From contig JAANOX010000093.1 in the NCBI GenBank assembly GCA_020184695.1, positions 79,370-143,369 on the forward strand: DNA of 64,000 nt. Reading direction: 5' to 3'. Within the stretch, counting starts at the first letter, position 1. Each line of letters begins with the position of its first letter. This document shows positions 53,681-64,000 of the stretch, in pieces. The DNA is from Histomonas meleagridis 2922-C6/04-290x (Eukaryota > Protista > Parabasalia). The position numbers and the translations under genes were made by a program. The notes under the pieces were generated by a model. That model worked only from the letters and a program-made list of their open reading frames with translations, was not told where the DNA came from and did not search any database.

Positions 53681-56600
53681 ACGTACCACACACACAAGTA
53701 CCACACACACAAGTACCACACACACAAGTACCACCCACACACAAGTACCACACACACACAAGTACCACACACACACACGTACCACACACACACAAGTACC
53801 ACACACACAAGTACCACACACACACAAGTACCACACACACACACGTACCACACACACAAGTACCACACACACACAAGTACCACACACACAAGTACCACAC
53901 ACACAAGTACCACACACACAAGTACCACACACACAAGTACCCCACACACAAGTACCACACACACACAAGTACCACACACACAAGTACCACACACACAAGT
54001 ACCACACACACAAGTACCACACACACAAGTACCACACACACACAAGTACCACACACACACACGTACCACACACACACAAGTACCACACACACACAAGTAC
54101 CACACACACAAGTACCACACACACAAGTACCACACACACACAAGTACCACACACACACAAGTACCACACACACAAGTACCACACACACAAGTACCACACA
54201 CACAAGTACCACACACACACAAGTACCACACACACAAGTACCACACACACACAAGTACCACACACACAAGTACCACACACACAAGTACCACACACACACA
54301 AGTACCACACACACACAAGTACCACACACACAAGTACCACACACACACAAGTACCACACACACACAAGTACCACACACACAAGTACCACACACACACAAG
54401 TACCACACACACACAAGTACCACACACACACAAGTACCACACACACAAGTACCACACACACAAGTACCACACACACAAGTACCACACACACACAGTACCA
54501 CACACACAAGTACCACACACACAAGTACCACACACACACAAGTACCACACACACAAGTACCACACACACACAAGTACCACACACACAAGTACCACACACA
54601 CAAGTACCACACACACAAGTACCACACACACACAAGTACCACACACACACAAGTACCACACACACAAGTACCACACACACAAGTACCACACACACAAGTA
54701 CCACACACACAAGTACCACACACACAAGTACCACACACACAAGTACCACACACACACAAGTACCACACACACAAGTACCACACACACACAAGTACCACAC
54801 ACACAAGTACCACCTACACACACAAGTACCACACACACAAGTACCACACACACAAGTACCACACACACAAGTACCACACACACAAGTACCACACACACAC
54901 AAGTACCACACACACAAGTACCACACACACAAGTACCACACACACAAGTACCACACACACAAGTACCACACACACAAGTACCACACACACAAGTACCACA
55001 CACACAAGTACCACACACACAAGTACCACACACACAAGTACCACACACACAAGTACCACACACACAAGTACCACACACACAAGTACCACACACAAGTACC
55101 ACACACACAAGTACCACACACACAAGTACCACACACACAAGTACCACACACACACACAAGTACCACACACACAAGTACCACACACACAAGTACCACACAC
55201 ACAAGTACCACACACACAAGTACCACACACACAAGTACCACACACACAAGTACCACACACACAAGTACCACACACACAAGTACCACACACACAAGTACCA
55301 CACACACAAGTACCACACACACAAGTACCACACACACAAGTACCACACACACAAGTACCACACACACAAGTACCACACACACAAGTACCACACACACAAG
55401 TACCACACACACAAGTACCACACACACAAGTACCACACACACAAGTACCACACACACAAGTACCACACACACAAGTACCACACACACAAGTACCACACAC
55501 ACAAGTACCACACACACAAGTACCACACACACAAGTACCACACACACAAGTACCACACACACAAGTACCACACACACAAGTACCACACACACAAGTACCA
55601 CCCACCCACACACAAGTACCACACACACAAGTACCACACACACAAGTACCACACACACAAGTACCACACACACAAGTACCACACACACAAGTACCACACA
55701 CACAAGTACCACACACACAAGTACCACACACACAAGTACCACACACACAAGTACCACACACACAAGTACCACACACACAAGTACCACACACACAAGTACC
55801 ACACACACAAGTACCACACACACAAGTACCACACACACAAGTACCACACACACAAGTACCACACACACAAGTACCACACACACAAGTACCACACACACAA
55901 GTACCACACACACAAGTACCACACACACAAGTACCACACACACAAGTACCACACACACAAGTACCACACACACAAGTACCACACACACAAGTACCACACA
56001 CACAAGTACCACACACACAAGTACCACACACACAAGTACCACACACACAAGTACCACACACACAAGTACCACACACACAAGTACCACACACACAAGTACC
56101 ACACACACAAGTACCACACACACAAGTACCACACACACAAGTACCACACACACAAGTACCACACACACAAGTACCACACACACAAGTACCACACACACAA
56201 GTACCACACACACAAGTACCACACACACAAGTACCACACACACAAGTACCACACACACAAGTACCACACACACAAGTACCACACACACAAGTACCACACA
56301 CACAAGTACCACACACACAAGTACCACACACACAAGTACCACACACACAAGTACCACACACACAAGTACCACACACACAAGTACCACACACACAAGTACC
56401 ACACACACAAGTACCACACACACAAGTACCACACACACAAGTACCACACACACAAGTACCACACACACAAGTACCACACACACAAGTACCACACACACAA
56501 GTACCACACACACAAGTACCACACACACAAGTACCACACACACAAGTACCACACACACAAGTACCACACACACAAGTACCACACACACAAGTACCACACA

Positions 56601-57720
56601 CACAAGTACCACACACACAAGTACCACACACACAAGTACCACACACACAAGTACCACACACACAAGTACCACACACACAAGTACCACACACACAAGTACC
56701 ACACACACAAGTACCACACACACAAGTACCACACACACAAGTACCACACACACAAGTACCACACACACAAGTACCACACACACAAGTACCACACACACAC
56801 AAGTACCACACACACAAGTACCACACACACAAGTACCACACACACAAGTACCACACACACAAGTACCACACACACAAGTACCACACACACAAGTACCACA
56901 CACACAAGTACCACACACACAAGTACCACACACACAAGTACCACACACACAAGTACCACACACACAAGTACCACACACACAAGTACCACACACACAAGTA
57001 CCACACACACAAGTACCACACACACAAGTACCACACACACAAGTACCACACACACAAGTACCACACACACAAGTACCACACACACAAGTACCACACACAC
57101 AAGTACCACACACACAAGTACCACACACACAAGTACCACACACACAAGTACCACACACACAAGTACCACACACACAAGTACCACACACACAAGTACCACA
57201 CACACAAGTACCACACACACAAGTACCACACACACAAGTACCACACACACAAGTACCACACACACAAGTACCACACACAAGTACCACACACACAAGTACC
57301 ACACACACAAGTACCACACACACAAGTACCACACACACAAGTGCCACACACACAAGTACCACACACACACAAGTACCACACACACAAGTACCACACACAC
57401 ACGTACCACACACACAAGTACCACACACACAAGTACCACACACACAAGTACCACACACACAAGTACCACACACACAAGTACCACACACACACGTACCACA
57501 CACACACGTACCACACACACACGTACCACACACACAAGTACCACACACACAAGTACCACACACACAAGTACCACACACACACAAGTACCACACACACAAG
57601 TACCACACACACAAGTACCACACACACAAGTACCACACACACAAGTACCACACACACAAGTACCACACACACAAGTGCCACACACACAAGAGCCACACAC
57701 ACACAAGTACCACACACACA
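53681..57720. repeat. Tandem satellite (TACCACACACACAAG)n, 15-bp unit, about 4 kb
   Basis: Nearly pure 15-mer from about 54.9 to 57.3 kb; 13/17/19-bp CA-slippage variants toward the edges. Confidence 0.97.
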
Positions 57721-60700
57721 AGAGCCCCACACACAGCCACACACTAGGGTAGCCACACACTGGGTGCCACACACTGGGTGCCACACACTGGAGTGCCACA
57801 CACCTGGTGCCCACACTGGGTGCCACACACTGAGTGCCACACTGGGTGCCACACTGGGGTGACCACACACTGGGTGCCACACACTGGGTGCCACACACCT
57901 GGGTGCCACACACTGGGGTGCCACACACCTGGTAGCACCTGCACATCACACACTGGTGCGCCACCACCTGGGTGCCACACACCTGGGTGCCACACACCTG
58001 GGTACCACACCTGAGTGCACACACCGGGTACCACACACACTGGGTGCCACACACACAGGTGCCACACTGAGGGTGCCACACACTGGTGCCTCACACACTG
58101 GGTGCCACACACTGGGTGTACCACGCACAGGTGCCACACACTGGGTAGCCACACTGGGTGCACACACACTGGGTGCCACGCACACTGGGTGCCACGCACT
58201 GGGTGCCACACACTAGGGTGCCACACACACTGAGTGCCACACACTGGAGTGCCACACGCACACAAGTGCCACACACTGAGGTGCCACCACACTGGGTGCC
58301 ACGCACTGGGTGCCACCACCTGGGTGCCACACACTAGGGTGCCACACACACTGGGTGCCACCACTGGGTGCCACACTGGGTACCACACACTGGGTGCCAC
58401 ACACCTGGGTGCCACACACGCGCGAGTCACCACACACACTGCAGGTTGCCACCTACACTGGGTCACCACACTGGGTGCCACACGCACAAGGTGCCACACG
58501 CACTGGTGCCACCACACAGGTGCCACGCACTGGGTGCCACACACGGTGCACACACTGGGTGCCACATGCACACAGGTGCCACCACACACTGGGGTGCCAC
58601 ACACACAGGTGCCACACCTGGTGCCACACACTGGGGTCGCCACACACACCTAGGTGCCACACGCACTGGAGTGCACCCACACACAGGGTGTGCCACACTG
58701 GAGTGCCACACACCTGGGTGCCAGCCTGGGTGCCACACACTTTACCAGGTGCCACACACACACTGGTGCCCACACACTGAGTGCCACCACACTGGGGTGC
58801 CCACTGCACTGGGTCGCCACACACACACTGGTGTGCCACACACTGGAGTGCCACACACACGAGAGTCTGCCACCACACACTGAGTGCCACACACTGGGTG
58901 CCACACTGCAGTGTGCCACACTGGAGGTACCACTACCTGGGTGCCACCACCACTGGGTGCCACACACACTGGGTGCCACACACACCGTGCTGCCTCACAC
59001 AGTGCCACACACTGGGTGCCGCACCGCACACAGGGCCACTGGGTGCCACGCACTGGTACCACACCTGGGTGCCACCGCACTGGGGTGCCACACACTGGGT
59101 GCCTGCACTGGGTGCTGCACCACTGGGTGCCGCACACTGGTGCCACCACTGGGTACCCACCTGGGTGCCACACACTGCGCACCTGGGTGCCACACACGCA
59201 CCAGGTGCCACACACTGGGTTGCCACACTGGGTGCCACCACACCTGAGTGCCACACCAGGTGCCACGCACTGGGTGCCGCACACTGGGCCTCCACACACT
59301 GGGTGTCCACACTGCACCTGGGTGTCGCCTGCGCACCTGGTTGCCGACCCTGCACCTGGGTTGCCACACACTGGGTGCCACACACTGGGTGCCACACTGA
59401 GTGACCACCACTGGGTGCCACACTGGGTGCCACCGCACTGGGTGCCACACCGTCACCACACTGGGTGCCATACACACACTGGGTTGCCACTGGGTGCCAC
59501 CTGGGTGCCACACTGAGCTGACAGCCACACTGGGGTGCCACACGCACCTGAGTGCTGCCTCACGAGCGCCACTGGGTGCCACACACTGGGTTGCCACTGG
59601 GATGCCACCACAGACTGGGGTGCCATCACACTGGGTCGACCACTGGGTGCCACACGAGTGCCACACTGGGCTGCCACCGCACCTGGGTGCCACACACTGG
59701 GTGCCACCACCACTGAGTGCCACACCTGGGTTGCCACCTGCCACTGGGAGTCCTCGCCTTCCACACCTGGTGCCACCACCTGGGATCACCACACTGGTGC
59801 CACACTGCTGGGCGCCACACACTGGGTGCCACGCTGGGTCGCCACACTGGGTGCCACACCTGGTTGCCACCTGGGTGCCACACACACTGAGGTGCTGCAC
59901 ACTGGGTTCACGCACCCTGGGTGCCACGCACTGGTGCCACACTGGGCCTCACACCTGGATAGCCACAGCACTGGGTGCCACACTGGTTATACACTGGGTG
60001 CCACACACTGGGTGCCACCGCACTGGGATGCCACCACCACCTGGGTGCCACACACCTGGGTGCGCTCACCACACTGAGTGCCCTGCACTGGAGTGCCACA
60101 CACTGAGCTCACTGGGTCACGCACTGGGTTCCACACTGGGTCTCCGCACCGGTGCTCACTGCCTGGGTGCTCACCACGCACCTGGGTGCCACACTGGAGT
60201 GCCACACGCACTGGAGTTGCCACCACTGCCTGCGCCACACTGGGCGCCACGCACCTGAGTCTGCCACCACCACCTGGGCCTGCACACCCTGGGTGCCACA
60301 CGCCTGGGTTGCCACACGCCTGGGTCGCCACACACCTGGGTGCTCACTGCACTGTGTCGCTGCACCTGGGTTGCGCCACACTTTTGCCTGGGTCTGCCAC
60401 GCTGGGTGCCACACTGGGTGCCACACCTGGGTGCTCGCCACACCTGGGTGCACACGACCACTATGGCCTGCCACCACCTGAGGTGCCACACACACCACTG
60501 GGTGCTCACACCACTGAGTCTCCCACCACTGGGTGCCTGCATGCGTCACTGCACCTGGTGCCACCCTGCGCACTGGGCACCACACTGCTGGGTGCGCACA
60601 CTGGCGCCACGCCTGGTCTCGCCACCACTGGAGTGCCACACTGCCTGAGTGCCACACGCACTGAGTGCCACCACACCTGGGTCGCCACCTGCACCTGAGG

Positions 60701-63700
60701 CGCACACACTGGAGTCTCACCACACTGGTCATGCCACTGGTGGTGCACGCCTGGATCTCCTGCCTGGTTCGCCGCGCGCTCGGGTCGCCGCACGCGTGGG
60801 TGCCGCACGCTGGGTGCCACGCGCAGACCGCGCACTGGGTGCCGCGCGCTGCAGGTGCCGCGCGCACCGGGTGCCGCACGCACAGGCCTGCGCACTGGGT
60901 GCCACCGCACTGGGTGCCACACTGGGTCTCCACACGCGCCACTGGAGTGTCCCGCCCTTTGATCATGCCTGCTGGGTCTCACACTGCCTGGGCGCCACAC
61001 ACTGGAGAGGTGCCACGCACTGAGGTGCCACACCTGGAGCGCCACACACCTGGGTGCGCCACACTGGGTGCCACTGCACACTGGGTTGCCACTGCACCTG
61101 GGCCCACCACACTGGTGCCATACACACAAGGTGCCACACACTGGGTTATCACACACACTGGAACCACACTGGGTGCCACTGGGTGCCACTGGGTGCCACA
61201 CACTGGGTGCGCGCCACACATGCCTGGAGTTGTCGCCGCACTGAGCTGCCACCGCACTGGGTGCCCGCCTGCACTGGGTGCGCCACTTGCACTGGGTGCC
61301 ACCACGCACAGGTGCCGCCCACACTAGAGTGCCACCGCACTGGAGGTGCACGCCACCTGCAGGCACCGCACTGGGTCTCACCACGCACCTGTTTCACACG
61401 GGTTGCCACACACCTGGGTGCTCACACACACTGGGTGTCCCTGCCCTGGGTGCTCCACCTGCCCTGGGCCATCTGCTGCACCACGTGCTCCTGCCTGGGT
61501 CTCACTGCCTGTGCCACTCCACTGGGCCGCCACACTTGCACTGTTGCCACGCACCTGGGTCTCAGCTGACCTGCTGCACTGGAGGTCCTGCGCACGCACG
61601 CCTGAGCTGCGCCACCACCTGGTCTCGCACGCACCTCGCACCTGAGCGTGCCACCACGCCACGCTGGTCTCCTGCCTGGAGACCATCAGCACTGGGTGCT
61701 CACCTGCACTGGCTGCCACCACTGCACTGGGTGCCACACTGCACTGAGCTGCCACACACACACCTGTGCCACCACACGGGTGCCACACACCTGGCGCACA
61801 CCACCTGAGTACCACACCACCTGGGCCTGCCACACACCTGGGCCTCACGCCACCTGAGTGTCACCACCGCCGCCTGAGTCTCCTGCCTGCGCGCTCCACC
61901 TGCCTGGGCCTCCTGCCGCCTGAGACTCATCACCTGCCTGGTTCTCCTGCCTGGACCTCCACCGCCTGGAGTACGCCACTGCCTGCCTGCACGCACCTGA
62001 GTGCTGCACACACTGGAGTGCCACCACGCGCCTGGTGCGCCACCACCTGAGTGCCACCTGGGTGCAGCGCCACTGCCTGGTGTCACTGGTCATGCTGCAC
62101 TAGCCTCCACCTGCCTAGGCCTCACCTGCCTGGTGCCACACCTCGCCTGTCATCACCGCGCCTGGGTCTCCACTTGCCACCTGGTCTCACCACTGCACTG
62201 AGGCCTCTGCCTGGAGTCACTGCCTGGAGACCTCCACCTGCCTCAGCGCCACGCACTGGGCGCCACGCACCTGAGTCTCACCTTGCCTGGTGCCACCACC
62301 TGGAGTGCCACCACCTGAGCCTGGGTGCTCACCTCTTGCACCTGGAGTGCTCCACCACCACCTGGGTGCTCGCCTGGGTGCTCACTGCCTCGCCTCCACC
62401 ACTGCCTGGTGCCACGCACTGAACCTGCACACCTGGGCTCACGCACCTGGTGCCACGCAGTGAGTGCTCACTGCCACCTCGTACCACCACCACTGGATTT
62501 TCACCTGGTGCTCTGCCACCTGCCCTGCACCAGGCCTGGTCTGCACCTGAGCCTCCACCACCGCCTGGGTCTCTCCTGCCACCTGGAGCCTCACCTGCGT
62601 GGGCCTCCACCACGCCTGGTGTGCCACCTGGGTTCTCTGCCTGCCTGGAATCTATGTCTTGCCTGGGTCTCACCTGCCTGGGTGCCTGCACTGCCTGGAG
62701 TGCCACTGCCTGGGTGCCACGCACCTGGAGTTGCCACCACACCTGAGTGCGCACACTAGGTCTGCCTGCCTGGGCCTCCACCACTGCCTGAGTCTCCACC
62801 TGCCTGAGCCTCCACGCCTGCGTCTCCACCACCTTGACCACCACACCTGGAGTCTCACCTGCCCTGGGTCTCCACCTGCCTGGGTCTCCACCTTGCCTGG
62901 AGTCTCACCTGGGTGCCACACACTGAGCCTCCACCTGCAGTCTCACTACCACCTGGGTGCCACACACACCTGGAGTGCCACACCACCTGGAGTCTCACGC
63001 ACCTGAGTGCCACACTGCACCTGGGCCTCGCCACGTGGTCTGCACACCTGAGTGCTCGCCTGCGTCTCCACTGCCACCTGGCTCACCACGCCTGGGTGCC
63101 TGCACTGGAGTGCTCACGCACCTGCGTGCCACACCACCACTGGAGTGCTCACGCACCACCTGCGACGCCACCACACTGGAGCGCCACCGCACCTGGGTGC
63201 CACCACACTGGTGCTCACACCTGAGTGTGCCACCACCTGGCTCCACACCACCTGGTGCCACCTGCCTGGAGCCACCACACACCTGGGTGCCTGGGTGCTC
63301 ACTGCTGCCTGATTCACTGCCTGCGTTCTCACTGCCTGGGTGCTCACCTGGAGTGCCACCACCGCACCTGGGTGCTCCACTGCACACCTGAGTGCCACCA
63401 CCACCTGGGTAGTGCCCGCACCTGGAGTGCCACACCGCACCTGGGTGCCACACACTGGTGCCACCACACCTGGGTGCCACGCCTGGAGCCTCCACACGCC
63501 TGGGTCTCACCACGCCTGGGCCTCACCACCTGCGCACACCTGGGTCATACTTGCCTCGCTGTGGTGCTCTGCCTGGGTCGCCTGGGTGCCACCACCACCT
63601 GAGTGCCACACCTGGGTGCCACCACCTGGTGCCACCCACCACCTCGATAGTGCTCCACACCACTGAGTCGCCACCACCTGGGTACGCCACACACCTGAGC

Positions 63701-64000
63701 CTCCACACCACCTGGAGTCACCACACCACCTGCGTGTCCACACCACCTGTCTCCACCACCACCTGGGTCTCTGCCCTGGTCACCACGCCCTCGTCTCACG
63801 CGCCTGGTTATACGCCTGGGTGCCACGCCTCGGTGCCACCTGCACCAGGCTGCCACCTGGAGTGCCACGCCTGGGTGCCTCGCGCACCAGGTGCACCTGA
63901 GTGCACTGGGTGCCACGCACTGAGTGCCACCACCTGGGTGCCACCTGCGTCACTCCACACACTGCGTCTCCACCACCTGGAGCCTCTGCCTGTGTGATGT
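57721..64000. repeat. Degenerate low-complexity satellite built from CCACACACTGGGTG, CACCTGGAGTGC and CTGCCTGGGTCT words; runs off the window end
   Basis: Irregular mosaic of 10-14-nt words whose composition drifts progressively from 57.7 to 64 kb. Confidence 0.85.

Noticed and set aside
52970-58081. Very long ORFs (1000-1700 aa; HTHKY, HTSTT, CVWYL, CGTCV, CVVLV repeats) on both strands
   Set aside because: The 15-mer contains no stop triplet in any of the six frames, and the ORFs switch register at CA-slippage indels, so openness is a by-product of the satellite.
57744-63997. Dozens of overlapping His/Pro/Cys/Val-rich ORFs
   Set aside because: Low-complexity sequence that is poor in stop triplets, open in many frames at once, with no protein-family signal.
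53681-64000. Right-hand telomere
   Set aside because: The C-rich strand points toward the right end, opposite to telomerase polarity. Kept only as a telomere-like or centromeric candidate.

Overview
This is AT-rich eukaryotic genomic DNA from a parabasalid (trichomonad). The histone H3 tail ([41 protein letters not shown]), TCAYT initiator elements, BspA-like genes and DUF3447-type ankyrin genes point to a Tritrichomonas-like organism; the species is my inference. Positions 1-52.7 kb hold densely packed single-ORF genes: fibrillarin, a broken alpha-actinin, two BspA-like surface proteins, actin, a GH47-like protein, a sirtuin, a divergent H4/H3 pair, ALG14, an EDC4-like protein, two winged-helix-like paralogues, a thioredoxin/PDI, a metallophosphoesterase, two kinases, a 1664-aa I/LWEQ (talin-like) protein, an RBR E3 ligase and several pseudogenes. 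Positions 53.0-64 kb are one CA-rich satellite: a homogeneous 15-mer that decays into a degenerate mosaic. The most striking signal is in the ankyrin genes. After an ordinary N-terminal ORF, every ankyrin repeat is a stop-free 93-nt coding block separated from the next by an AT-rich, stop-containing spacer of nearly fixed length (77 nt in 18 of 24 cases, giving a 170-bp period). The spacers have no GT-AG ends, and each carries the missing ankyrin (F/Y)-G loop codons at a fixed internal position. This suggests an undescribed non-canonical intron, micro-exon or recoding system; the mechanism cannot be established from DNA alone.
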